Source: Octopus bimaculoides
Taxonomy: Eukaryota
NCBI RefSeq assembly: GCF_001194135.2
Contig: NC_068983.1
Location: 150,382,238-150,446,237 of the forward strand
DNA: 64,000 nucleotides
Reading direction: 5' to 3'
Numbering within the stretch: the stretch's first letter is position 1; each line of letters opens with the position of its first letter. A program made the translations under genes and the position numbers. The notes beneath the pieces are model-generated. The model was not told the DNA's origin and made no database searches. It saw only the letters and a program-made list of their open reading frames with translations. This document shows positions 26,201-37,392 of this stretch, in pieces.

Positions 26201-29200
26201 AGTTGAAGGTTGGAGAAAATGTTAAGGGAGGGTATTTCAGAGGGCCGATGTTTTGGAAGTGAAGTCCTTGAAAGAGTGGTTTGTATGGAGTCTTGGAGAG
26301 GAGATCAATATCATTGACAAGCATAAGAGACATGTGTGAATTAGTATTTGAGTGGAAGTTGCATGAAATCACCTAGCACTGAGGAGCTGAAGTACTTTCT
26401 GTTCAGTATTTTTTGGCTTAAAAGAGGAAGGCCCCTGTTTGTGATATAATTTTGGCTGTATTGAGGTCATGTGTTTGCCAGGAGAGATCTTCAGTAATGT
26501 CAAGATCTGGTATTTGAAGCCAACTTCAGGTGCCTAATTTTATGTTAATTGAGGGTAGGATAGTGATTAGTGATTGTGTCTTGGTACTTTTGAAGGAGAC
26601 AAATCTGAATCAAACCCTGGGGTAACCAGAAGTTATAGAATGGAGATCTGCAAGAGCTTCAACAGTAGATGATACAATGTTACAATCTGACAAGAACCTA
26701 CTAATCTAAGTGATGAGACGCATGGGTTCTAGTGATGGATAGTTTGTGTGTCAAACAGAATGATTAGGAGTTAACGGGAAAGTGCAGATGGCTGACTCAA
26801 TAAGATATTGAATAATTAACAATGAAAATTAGGATTTCGACTTCATCACTGGCTTTGTGCTGTGTCTATGACCAAGATCCCAAATTCTCTGAATAGGTCC
26901 TTTATAATGGTACAATTCATTGTTGAAAGTAATTACAATGTAAAACTAATGACTAGTTTTTATTACTGTGTTGACTTATGGGAAAATTAACTCAGTTGAC
27001 TGACAGTATATTCAAGTGATTTAACTTAGTTTCTAAGTACTACAGAAACCACAGATATTGGAGTGCCTATGCACTCCAATATAAAATATTTGAAATTGAA
27101 TGTCATTTTCTTTTTTTGTAGAATATTCGTGTGATGGCAAAATATTATACCAGGGTACGAATGAATAGGATGGCCCAACTACTTGATCTCTCAGAAGATG
27201 TAAGTACAATAGTTTAATATAGGCATGAATTGGGAAGAATGCATGTATTTGTAGACAAGAACTATATGTACAGAAGGGGAGAGAGGATGTGTTTATATAC
27301 TATATGAAGTCGCTGTTTATGACTAGTCTGAACATTAAAAAAGATTGCAGTGAAATGTACTTAGTACTTTGAGTTTTTTGACTGGAAGCAGTCTTCATTG
27401 TATTGTTGGGTGCCACTGAAGTATTTTTGTGTTCAGGTAGTGAAGGGTATATCAGGCTCATGTGAGCCAGCACCTCTAAGATTTTCCCTAACAGAAAAAT
27501 CTAAAGTAATGCAACAGTCTTAACTAAAAAGGGAGATCACTCTTGAGTAAAGGAATAATCTGTAACATTGTTTGGTTCTTGTTGAGTAAGAGCCTCATAT
27601 ATACAGGGTGTCCCAAAAGTCACTGATGGATTTCAGTTTTTAATAACTTCCTTAACTTGACAAATAAATGCATAACATTTTGTACAATATAAAGGACATA
27701 ATGGAAATTAATATGCACAGGTCAAATTTTGCAACACCTACATTACATTTGAAAGATGGCAGCCATTTTCGGCTTTGCACGCCCATGCTTTTTCCAAAAC
27801 TTGCATCATAACACCCTCGAGTTTCAGATCCCATTTCTCTGATTTCTCTATTGATGTTCTCCTTCAGTTGCACCAGGGTCTTTGGTTTGTTGATGTAAAC
27901 CCTCTCTTTCACAAGAAAAAATCCAGGCTAGTCAAGACCGGGGAATGTGAAGGCCAGTTGACATTGCCATAGCTGGAGATTATTCTCTCTCCAAAGCACT
28001 GCCAAAGCAACTGATCTGTTTCTCTTGTGGTATGAGAAGTTGCCCCATCTTGCTGGAACCATGTGTGAGGTCTACTTTGAATGGCCTTCACATTCCCCAG
28101 ATTTGACTAGCCTGGATTTTTTTCTTGTGGGGATACCTGAAAGAGACGATTTGCATCAACAAACTGGAGACCCTGATGCAATTGAAGGAGAGCATCAATA
28201 GAGAAATCAGAAGTGGGGTCTGAAACTCTTGATGTTATAATGCAAGTTTTGGAAAGAGCATGGGTGTGCGAAGTTGAAAATGGCTGCTATTTCAGCGAAG
28301 TCATTTTTCATGTTTGACTTGTGCATTTTTATCTCCATTATGTCCTTTATATTGTATCAAAATTTCATGAGTTTATTTGTAAAGTTAAGTTATTAAAAAC
28401 TGAAACCCATCAGTCACTTTTGGGACACCGTGTATTATATTATCCTCTGGGCAATAATTTAAAGATGCCGAAGCTGTACACACCATATTGATCTCACTGT
28501 TGCTGACCCAACTCTAGACTAAGCCACAAAACATACGATACAAGCTAAAGCTAATTTTACAATACCTCACAATAATAAATTTGATTTCTCAAAAGCATCA
28601 AACTGTCAGTAATAGAGTACCTCTATGGTGTGTGCTACAGAGTAAGAGATAAGCTCTTTTGAAGTTCAGATTCCTAATTTTGATTCTTAGTTACTCTTTA
28701 TGAAATGCCTTACGTTAAGGTAATAGTGATATATAGATAAATTTAATTAAGTTAATATCGTGAAACTTTTTGTATTTTGATATTTGCAAGGAAATAATGG
28801 TAAGAAAAACTTTTCAGATGGGAAACTGTTCTATCAGCATAAATTCAAAAAATTCTATCAAACCCATTCTGTTGTGTAACTGAGCAAAACACATCATTGT
28901 GCTTGCTTCACTCATACTTCACAGTTCACCATTTGTTAGGATGGAAAACTGATTGCAAAACAGAAAGTTTGGGCAATGGGTTTAGTATGGACTACGGGGA
29001 AAATGTACAATATAGTTAATGGCAATGAGATTTTGACAGACAGATGTACTTGCATTACCATTTTCTTTGACAGTTTAGTCAACTTCTTTAGTTGAACCTA
29101 TACACTCAACTGGTGCCATTTACTATCATCTGTTGCTAGTCAGATCAGTTCTGATTTGAAATTCATCAGTAAAGCCGTTAGGTGTTTGGTCTGCTGATCA

Positions 29201-30109
29201 GTACCAGCTCAGCTTTGATGATCAGCAGCTGTATCTTTAGTCAACCATTAGGGTATTGTCATCAAATTGAAAATCAAAATACATCAATCAGGTAAAATGG
29301 GTGAATTTAAGTGGATCAGTTGAAGAGTTTAGATTAGAGGAGTAAAGATAAATGTAAAAGAGACAGCAGGAGCATATAATCTCCTCATAGCCTAAAGGAT
29401 GTAGAGTTTCTGTGAGTTAAGACTCGTTTGTGAAACTTTTGGGAATTGGGCATTGGAAAGAAACCATAAAAATGAAAAATTGATTCAGTTTTAAATAGTT
29501 GACATTCAAGGTGGTTTTAGATATACATTGTCCTTTCTGAAGTAGATGGTTTTCCAGGGTTTAAAAATTTTTTTAAATCTAGTTTTACAGAATGTGAATA
29601 TATATTGATGCAATAGGTTTGATGAAGAAAAATTCTGAAAGACCTTTAATATTAAAGTGTCTTTAAAAGTTATTACTGGATGGGGTGGGTTAGCAAAATC
29701 AATGTTTGATAAAATGCCTTGTATTTCTTCTGGCTCATGTTCTGAGTTGATTTTTAAGGTCAGCTGAGCCTTTCATTTGTTTGTGGGCAATAAAATAAAG
29801 TGCTGGTTTAGTACTGGGTTGATTTCACTGAGTAACCCATTCCCTTTGAATTACTGGTCTTATGCCTATTAGTTTAATTATATTTTATTTTCTTCACAGG
29901 AAACTGAAGAATTTTTGTCCAATCTAGTAGTCAACAAGACAGTTCAGGCGAAAATGGACCGTCTTGATGGTATCATCAATTTCCGGCAACACAGAGATCC
30001 GAATAACATTTTAAATGACTGGTCTTCCAACATAAGTCGGTTGATGCAGTTAGTAAACAAAACTAACCATCTCATCACGAAAGAGGAGATGGTACATAAG
30101 TTGCATTGA
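15095..30109 (+). CDS. PSMD12: 26S proteasome non-ATPase regulatory subunit 12 (Rpn5), complete 11-exon CDS, 454 aa
   Basis: join(15095-15193,16269-16328,17326-17454,18899-19006,19543-19647,20998-21147,23319-23453,25005-25117,25254-25431,27122-27199,29900-30109) = 1365 nt, all GT-AG, frame continuous. Translation matches recalled Rpn5/PSMD12 throughout ([82 protein letters not shown]). Confidence 0.97.
16269..16328 (+). CDS. PSMD12: PSMD12 exon 2 ([20 protein letters not shown])
   Basis: tttttcag| ... |GTAAGT, 60 nt, [10 protein letters not shown] motif; absent from the ORF track. Confidence 0.95.
17326..17454 (+). CDS. PSMD12: PSMD12 exon 3
   Basis: caccaag|GGT ... CAG|GTAAGC; [16 protein letters not shown]...KRGQIKQ. 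Confidence 0.95.
18899..19006 (+). CDS. PSMD12: PSMD12 exon 4
   Basis: aacag|GCT ... AAG|GTGAGT; [14 protein letters not shown]...[12 protein letters not shown]. Confidence 0.95.
19543..19647 (+). CDS. PSMD12: PSMD12 exon 5
   Basis: cttcag|ATT ... CAG|GTAAAG; [11 protein letters not shown]...LQELQ. Confidence 0.96.
19862..20095 (-). mobile_element. RTE LINE 3' UTR copy in PSMD12 intron 5
   Basis: (cat)n tail plus reverse complement of the conserved core. Confidence 0.85.
20998..21147 (+). CDS. PSMD12: PSMD12 exon 6
   Basis: ttccag|GTT ... ACA|GTAAGT; [24 protein letters not shown]. Confidence 0.96.
21400..22680 (+). mobile_element. Decayed RTE LINE fragments in PSMD12 intron 6 (about 21400-21860 and 22250-22680)
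   Basis: IDLEKSF...[13 protein letters not shown] and [15 protein letters not shown]...IVTRIRISW resemble the 43546 element protein. Confidence 0.6.
22858..23119. repeat. 38-bp inverted repeats enclosing a tRNA-like A/B-box sequence
   Basis: atttctcaaatgcgtgataatgctataaatagcgtgat vs rc of 23082-23119 (1 mismatch). Confidence 0.8.
23137..23222. repeat. (CA)n microsatellite, about 43 units
   Basis: Direct reading. Confidence 0.98.
23319..23453 (+). CDS. PSMD12: PSMD12 exon 7
   Basis: gacag|GAT ... TCG|GTGAGA; [28 protein letters not shown]. Confidence 0.95.
23642..23981 (+). mobile_element. RTE LINE 3' UTR copy (3 diverged modules) in PSMD12 intron 7
   Basis: Same 3' core with more substitutions. 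Confidence 0.82.
24461..24576 (-). pseudogene. 5S rRNA pseudogene/retrocopy (near full length) in PSMD12 intron 7
   Basis: Reverse complement ctggccatatcacactgagagcatcggttctcgtctgatcaccgaagttaagcaacgtcgagcttagtgagtacttagatgggtgaccgcttgggaaacctaggcgctgtaagt aligns end to end with metazoan 5S rRNA; box A and box C recognisable; no oligo-T terminator directly after. Confidence 0.9.
25005..25117 (+). CDS. PSMD12: PSMD12 exon 8
   Basis: tttcag|GCC ... AA|GTAAAT (phase 2); [15 protein letters not shown]. Confidence 0.95.
25254..25431 (+). CDS. PSMD12: PSMD12 exon 9
   Basis: ttatag|A GAG ... CAC|GTAAGT; [10 protein letters not shown]...[12 protein letters not shown]. Confidence 0.95.
25830..26166 (+). 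mobile_element. RTE LINE 3' UTR copy (modules B-A-C) in PSMD12 intron 9
   Basis: Same 3' UTR and tail. Confidence 0.88.
27122..27199 (+). CDS. PSMD12: PSMD12 exon 10
   Basis: ttttgtag|AAT ... GAT|GTAAGT; [26 protein letters not shown]. Confidence 0.96.
27604..28432. mobile_element. Fold-back Tc1/mariner (DD41D-type) element built from two inverted transposon 3' ends
   Basis: TA-flanked TIRs cagggtgtcccaaaagt; arms 27604-27956 and 28082-28432 are inverted copies; [11 protein letters not shown]...SLDFF with 41 residues between the 2nd and 3rd catalytic Asp. Confidence 0.85.
29900..30109 (+). CDS. PSMD12: PSMD12 last coding exon (PCI domain end, stop TGA)
   Basis: cacag|GAA; [28 protein letters not shown]...KEEMVHKLH*. 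Confidence 0.96.
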   Translation, partial: ETEEFLSNLVVNKTVQAKMDRLDGIINFRQHRDPNNILNDWSSNISRLMQLVNKTNHLITKEEMVHKLH

Positions 30110-30165
30110 TCTACATGTTTCAACATCATTATTCGTTGGCTTCTAAGAAAAAAAAAAAAATTTTC

Positions 30166-30171
30166 AATAAA
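30166..30171 (+). terminator. Candidate polyadenylation signal AATAAA of PSMD12
   Basis: AATAAA about 57 nt after the stop; further AATAAA at about 30398 and 30415. Confidence 0.5.
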
Positions 30172-30640
30172 AAGAAATTCTTCAAATTTTTCATTTACTG
30201 AAAAAAAAAAAAAAAAAATAGGGAGATAGAATGCTTGAGTGTGAAAGTCCTTAAAACATTTTTTTGTTTGAATGATAAAATCTTATATGATTTTAAAATA
30301 TAAGTATGAAGTTTGAATGATTTTAAAAGTTATAGATTTTGAAACTTTTAAAAGATTAAAAAAAAAGACAAACTTATAAATTGAAATTATAAGTTTCAAT
30401 AAATCTGATCATTAAATAAATGCTTGCTGCTTTTTTCATTTCATATATTAAGTTTATCATTCTTCATTTGTAATTTGTCACTAGGCAGATCCGCCATTGA
30501 TCACTGGCTTACCAGGCCTATCATGACTGCTTATTAGTCATGTGGCTAGAGCAACACAAAACCACAATCTTACAATCATGAGTCTGACACCATAATCACT
30601 ACATACCTCCATCTCATATACTAGTGACACATTGGCTGCA

Positions 30641-31021
30641 ATCATCATCATCGTTTAACGTCCGCTTTCCATGCTAGCATGGGTTAGGAGGTTTTGACTG
30701 AGGACTGGTGAAACCGGATGGCAACACCAGGCTCCAATCTAAATTTGGTAGAGTTTCTACAGCTGGATGCCCTTCCTAACGCCAACCACTCAGAGAGTGT
30801 AGTAGGTGCTTTTACGTGTCACCTGCACGAAAGCCAGTCAGGCGATACTGGCAACAGCCACGCTTGAGATGGTGTCTTTTATGTGCCACCCACACAAGCC
30901 AGTCCAGGGCCACTGACAACGATCTCGCTCGAAAATCCTACGAAGGCCAGTCAGGCGGTACTGGCAACGGCCACGCTCAAAATGGTGCATCTTATGTGCC
31001 ACCTGCACAAGAGCCAGTCCA
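30641..31021 (-). mobile_element. RTE LINE 3' UTR copy (modules A-B-A-C), just downstream of PSMD12
   Basis: Reverse complement of the 52598 copy. Confidence 0.88.
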
Positions 31022-31682
31022 ATCCAGTCCTCCAGTATAAATTTATAACATTTTTTTTTCACTGCCAGTGGAGTTACAAAATTGAAGGAGTACTGAATTA
31101 AGAATGAAATATTTAGTAGTCTGTAATTTGATTTCAAATTGCACTAGAATTGGCTTTGCCTTCCATCAATCTAACATTGATGAATTAATAAATGGATCGC
31201 TTCTTCCTCCTCCTCCATCATCATCACTTAACATCCATTTTCCATGCTGTCATGGGCTGGGTGGTTTGACAGGAGCTAACTAGGCAGAAGACTGCACCAG
31301 GTTTCACTGTCTGTTTTGGCAGGGTTTTTGTTAATGAATATTCAGTTGCTCAATCAACATCCACTGAGCTATATACACATTGAATTACTACATAAATAAT
31401 TTGAGTATTCCACGAACACTTGCAGCCCTTAATGTAATTTGTCTACAGCAAGAAATTTTCTTCATATCAAAACTGAGTGAATGGCTTCCTTACAAGTTTG
31501 AATATGCCCCAAACCTATTTGAACTGGTAATAGCTTTGTATTTATACCCATCACTTCTTAGCGCTGCTACCCCATAATTTGTTTGCCATGAGCTGCCAAT
31601 TAGTGTTACTAGTCATTGTACAATTTTAGAAATATTATAAAAGAGATAATCTCATCAGTTCATGGTGCACCCTGTCAATTTT

Positions 31683-31726
31683 TTGTGACTGAAGAGAAGA
31701 TAACCACTCCAAAATGCATCCTGCAG
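31683..31726 (+). ncRNA. Decayed minimal type I hammerhead ribozyme motif (probably inactive)
   Basis: CTGAAGA-GAAG-ataacca-CTCC-AAAATGCATC; the last 10 nt equal GAAACGCGTC after three CpG-type transitions. Confidence 0.6.
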
Positions 31727-32575
31727 TTTGAGTGAGTGACACTGCAAGCTGATTTGTGTATTTACACCTATTCGTCTACAGTGAGAAATTTTCTCCATGA
31801 CAAAACAAAGTAAATGACTTTCTTACAGGTTTGACTATTCTTCAAGCATGTTTGAACTGATAATAACCTTGTATTTATACACACCACTGCTTAATGTAAC
31901 TTAAGTAGACTCAATCTGATACAATGTGTTTTTGGAGTGTTAAGCTGTTGAGATGTTTCATTCACTGAGAATTTGAATTCCACATTGTGGTTTAGCTTTA
32001 GGCTAACTTAGCTCCAGCAAAACTACAATTAAAAGGGTTCTAGCTGTGAGCTTCCAGTCCCCTCCCTCCAGCAAAATGTATGGAAGACTACATAATTGAG
32101 AAAAATTTCTTGGTACTAAACCACAAATGTGTAGGGTGGGTTCTGGTTAGTGGTTTACACAATCACTTAGTTCTATGCTTGATTCTACTCTGCAGCACCA
32201 TGTTCAAGTGCCTTTCAACACAGTGCTGTAGTCTGAAACTGCAAAAACCTGTTTTTTTTTTTTTTTTGTTTTGTTTTTTTTCTTCTTTAATCTTTCACTT
32301 GTCTCAGTCACTAGATGATGGCAATGCTGGGCCTTGAAGAATTTTAGTTGAGTGAATCGACATTAGTACTTCTTCTTTTTAAGCATGGTACTTATTATAT
32401 GGTCTCTTTTGCCAAACTGTTAAGTTATGGGGGACACAAACACACCAATACTCATTGTCGAGGGGTGTTGGTGGGGACACATGTGCATGCACACACATTT
32501 GGGTCAAGTATTTGACTAGTCGCCTCCCACAAATTTCAGGCCTTGTGTCTATAGTAGAAAAGATTATTTGTGTGC

Positions 32576-32619
<44 letters not shown>

Positions 32620-32710
32620 NNNNNNNNNNACATTTGGGTCAAGTATTTGACTAGTCGCCTCCCACAAATTTCAGGCCTTGTGTCTATAGTAGAAAAGATT
32701 ATTTGTGTGC

Positions 32711-32751
<41 letters not shown>

Positions 32752-32755
<4 letters not shown>

Positions 32756-32894
32756 ACAATTAGAAAATGGAGGATAATATGCTGAACCCAACTACTTGCA
32801 GACGATGTATCCCGTTGAATTCATTAATTTAATTCATAGCAAAAGTGACAAAAAAAGAAAGCAGCGTATTATCCTCCATTTTCTAATTGTTATA
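32752..32894. repeat. 33-bp inverted repeat adjoining (TA)n
   Basis: tataacaattagaaaatggaggataatatgctg / cagcgtattatcctccattttctaattgttata (1 mismatch). Confidence 0.85.
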
Positions 32895-33046
32895 CAAATT
32901 TGGGGTAAAACCTCCACTTTTACCCGCTCCCATTGATTGCACTTAGTATAGCACTAGTGTAGCAATAATTGGGTACCCTCCCAGCAGTATACTGGATAGA
33001 CACTATCCCTTAGTGGGTTGGACCCCCAACCCCTAACTCTCTCACG

Positions 33047-33089
<43 letters not shown>

Positions 33090-33389
33090 TCATCCCATAA
33101 ATAATGCAGTTTTTTCAGTTGCATGAAGAGGATGGGATAAACTACCTGCATCAAGTTGCTATAAAAGCAGATAGTAATTTTAATTTTTACTTATTCTTAG
33201 TGCAAGTTTGCCTTAAATTGGTTTATTTCATATGTGAATGTTGGATTGTTATTGTTGGAACTCTTCTGTGTCTTTTGTTGTTGCCAGATTGTTTGCATTT
33301 GCAGACTTTCTGAACATCCCCCTCACCTCATTTGAGGAGGGAAATTGTTATTTTTGCTATATTTTATACCATTTGTAGGAATTTTTAAT

Positions 33390-36270
33390 TCCCAAACCAT
33401 GAGTTGCTTCTCTGTTGAGGAAAACACAAACCAAAACGATGGATAACACTATTAACATGCTGTCAGGCAAGGATTTTTCTGGAAGGTCGCCAACCAGAAC
33501 AGTCGAACAAAACAAATTTCGCTGCTGCAGCAGGTATCTCGAGGAAAAGAATTAATGTTGAACCGGAAGTACTAAACAAACACAAAGAAATGTTTCAAAT
33601 GGGAGGACAAGAGTTGAAAGCTATCCTCCCAAGTGAATTAATAGAAAATACAACAAGTAAAATAATAGTGTATAAAAGGTATGTAGTGAAGGAAAACAAA
33701 TTAGAAATCGCAGCAAAAGAAGACGTGGAGAAATGTCTGCAACCTATTTGGTCAGACATTACATTTCTAACAGGAGGGAAGAAATTTGCAACAATTGTGC
33801 ATTTTAAAAGTGAAGAAAAAGTCAGGCAACTCCATGAAACCATTAAAAACAGCTAAAGTAGTGCTGCTACCAACTCACCTAGGAAGGCACACTTCCAAAA
33901 TAACGGTGGAAGAAACTCCTCCCAAGATAGACATTATTTGGTTTTGCGCAGCACTTATGGGCTTAGCGGATAAAATATTGATCATCAAAGCCACTAAAAT
34001 TGAGCAGCAAAACTGGAAAGGCCAGTAGCTCGAAATAATCATTCAAGCAGCCCCTACTCACCTTGAAGAAATTGCCTAAACCATCCAGATTAGAAAGGAA
34101 ACCAAGTTATGTGTGATGGTAGAGAGGAGGAGGCCTCTCTACTTTAAATGTGGTGAGAAAGGCCATGTAAGAGCAGAGTGCCCCTCTCTTCCCCCCAGGC
34201 AAACCCCAGAACCAACAACCACAACTGATGCAGTGGATTCACCAATACAGGAGAATACCACCCTATCAACCAAAAAGGAAGAAACTAAAAAAAGATTGGG
34301 CTACTTTAACTCACAAAAAAAATCTCCCCCTGCTGACACATACGAATCCCAAATAGTACCCCCACCCACCCTAACACTTACCAAAAAATAGCTGAATCTA
34401 CCCTTCCCAGTCCTGAAAATGAACCTCCCCTCCCCCTCTTTCCAACAGCAGCAGAGTTCAATTTAGTGGCAATAAATGTCAAGAATGAATTCTTAGCAGA
34501 TGAACTCCAAAATATACCGACTGCAGAACTTTACAAAGAACATTTTACTATCCANNNNNNNNNNNNNNNNNNNNNNNNNNNNNNNGAATCCAAATTTATT
34601 CCATAGACAGAATAAATTATAATATATTATACTCCTGATTTCCTCATGACATAGGCCCTCTCAGAAAGGACTTTTGTACGTCTATGATAAGGGCCTAACC
34701 AAAGAATCCCCGCAAGACACAGACCAGACTGAGAAGGGATTATAGTCCCTTCTCCAACAAAGGTAAGCCTTTTTATGGATACACTCACAGTAACATGTTT
34801 AAATGTATGTGGCCTGGGGTCAGACTGGAAGCAAGGTCACTTCTTTAATGACTTCAGGTCACATAGATTCAATGTGATAATGGCCACAGAAACCAGACTG
34901 AATGAGATGCAGGCCTTTCCCCACTCCTGAACGGCTACGAGAAATTTATTTCTCCATGCCAGCCTGGGGAAGGAAGTGGTGATGCGATTCTACTCAGGAA
35001 AAATCTGGCTTTTGAGACTAGAACAATCTTTATTGACCCAGAAGACAGGCTGGTCATCCTTGATGTGACACTCAGCAGTGGTTAGACATTCAGGCTGGTA
35101 GGTGTCTACAGGACTAGACAGTCAGACTATTTTAGAAGCCTATAAAATTTCTTAAGCACATCTCGTACTTTATTATTATTAGATGACTTCAACACAATCT
35201 GTGATGCATGTGTAGATTGTGTTGGCTCGAATCCAAATAGAAGGAGTAGCCCCTGCCTCACTGATCTGTTAAGCTTTCAGCTGGCAGATCGGTGTAGACT
35301 AGAATTTCCGGATGCTCCAGTGTGGACATGGATGAACAGTGACAGGTCTTCTAGATCTTATCTAGAAGTGTTGAAAGGCACTTTTGCTCCTCTGCTGCAC
35401 ACGTAATGCTAGTAGAGTGGGTTCCACCTTGTCATTCTATAGAGCGTTGGTAGTGGCCAAGTGTGATGACACTCTGGGAGAAACCCTGGGCTTCGACGAT
35501 GGGCAATTGGCCAGCCTGTTTCAAAGGACATTCGGGCCAGGACCTTTGGACAACTTCCAGAGGTCCCTAGCCTGGTAATGTTACTGAAGAACCTTACCAG
35601 TTCACAATAAACTTGCAAAGCATGGTGCCTCATGCTTACCCACCTGCCCAAGATGTGGGTGGGACAGTGAAACTTCTGCATGAATTTGAGCAGTGTTCAG
35701 GGATTGCAGAGTTGTGGGTTTATATCGAACGACTGCTGTCACATCTGGGAAGAGTACAGCTGTCCGAGTCAGTCATAAAGATTGTTCCACCCCCACCTCT
35801 CTGAACAGTGAAGGTAAGGTTTGTTTTCTCGTAGTGGTCGCTAGAGCAAAAGAGGCTGTATGGAGGACATAAATGAAAGGATTGGTGACAGGTATCTTCA
35901 TCTCTGGCCAAGTATTAGCAAACTTCTTTGTTTTCCATTTACAAAGGAAAATAAGGCTAGAGAGGAGGTGTCATCGGATACGTATGGTAAAAGATGGAAG
36001 CAAGCGGTATACATGTTGGGAATAAAAGGTTTTGCATGTGTGTAAACCCTAAAAGGTAAACCAAAAGGTCCAGTGGAGGAATGTATCTTGCAGGTCATAC
36101 CTGTCCCCCACTTCATTGTACTGTTGTATTGTTTGTTTCTCATTTGTTTTATTATCATAAATTTTTAATTGTCTACTTTTTACATATTTTCATATGCTTC
36201 CCGACCCCATGTTCATTTTATATCATCCCCTCTGTGTTTGGTCCTTGTGGCTTGAATGAAATAATTATTC
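33390..36270 (+). mobile_element. Tx1/L1-superfamily LINE, degenerate and internally deleted (ORF1 + APE endonuclease + C-terminus)
   Basis: ORF1 with zinc knuckle (Y)FKCGEKGHVRAEC at about 34140-34180; ORF2 from ATG 34775 with LNVCGL, ATETRL, DDFN, WTW..SRSYL (APE); then CPRCG zinc-finger and FLVVVARAKEAVW region. Confidence 0.8.
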
Positions 36271-37159
36271 TTAGTGCAAGTTTTGAAGAGTGCAGTTGGA
36301 TTTTTAGCAGTTATTTTTTCAAAGCTATAATAGAAGTGACAAAGGAGCATATTTGGCATATTTTTCTTGAAAGTTAAGATGAATTGAAGTGGACTTCAGT
36401 GAATTTTCAGAAATTCCCCTATCTTACCCCTTCCTAAACCATTTACCCCCCCCCCCCAAAAAAAAAATTGTATAACCAGAATCTACATGGTATGACACAT
36501 ATTCGTAGAAAGTTTCATTACAAAATATCAGTTTTTCTAAAAGTTATGATCATCGAAAGTGGCGGCGGGGATCTGTAGTTATGTCAACAAATTCGACACT
36601 TTTCTTCTCGGCATGGTTATATATATATATACAGAAATACACAAGTGCAGAAGATAGTAAACAATGAAAATAACAAGTATGGTATGGGTTGAAGTGAAAT
36701 TTGTTAGTCAGTGAACCAAAGAGCCAGTATCGAAGGAACTAGCAAGAAACTTTAACAACAGAAAAACACAAAACCATAGGGATTGAATTGAAATTTATGG
36801 AGATACTTCTGTCAGTAAGTTATGAAATTACATCAGTAATTGTGAACTTCTTTCTGTCAGTAATTTGTTGTTGTTTGTTTGTAAACAGCAATCAAAAACT
36901 TCAACTTACAGTGAAAACAATAACATGGAATTTAAACAATGGAGTATGAAAATGGAAAGTGAAAAGAATAGCATCTGGAAAATGAAAGTGCAAACAAGAG
37001 ATATAGAGAGATATGTTACAGAGATAGATAGAGAGAGATACATAAAGAGAGATGTTATGTCACTGATGCTAGAAAACTGGAAGTAAATATTTAAAAATCT
37101 TTCAAAGACCTGAATGTAATATAGAAAGCAATATTTTTAATTTTTAATAATTGTTAATA

Positions 37160-37392
37160 AAAAAATCAAATGAACAACCTATTATTTGTCCGAAGTCAAG
37201 TTCTTCATGCATCACAAGTATGAAAGCAATTAGTGAAGCTGTTTTCATGTGAAAAGTAAATATGCACATGTCTCTATTTTATATATTAATAAAATAATCA
37301 AACGAACAGCTTATTATTTGTCTGAGGTCAAATTATTCATGCATCACAAGTATGAAAAGTGAATATGCATGCATCTCTATTTTATATATTAT
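37160..37392. repeat. Imperfect tandem duplication of about 130/100 bp
   Basis: aatcaaa(t/c)gaaca..ttatttgtc...catgcatcacaagtatgaaa...tctctattttatatatta occurs twice. Confidence 0.75.

Noticed and set aside
32495-32741. Exact ~85-bp direct duplication plus (TA)n on both sides of a 10-N gap
   Set aside because: Identical sequence flanking a gap indicates unmerged contig overlap (assembly artefact or allelic microsatellite lengths), not a real tandem repeat.
36545-36620. Small CpG-rich patch (gaaagtggcggcgggg) as the promoter of a hidden gene
   Set aside because: Only very short ORFs and no convincing downstream exons found.
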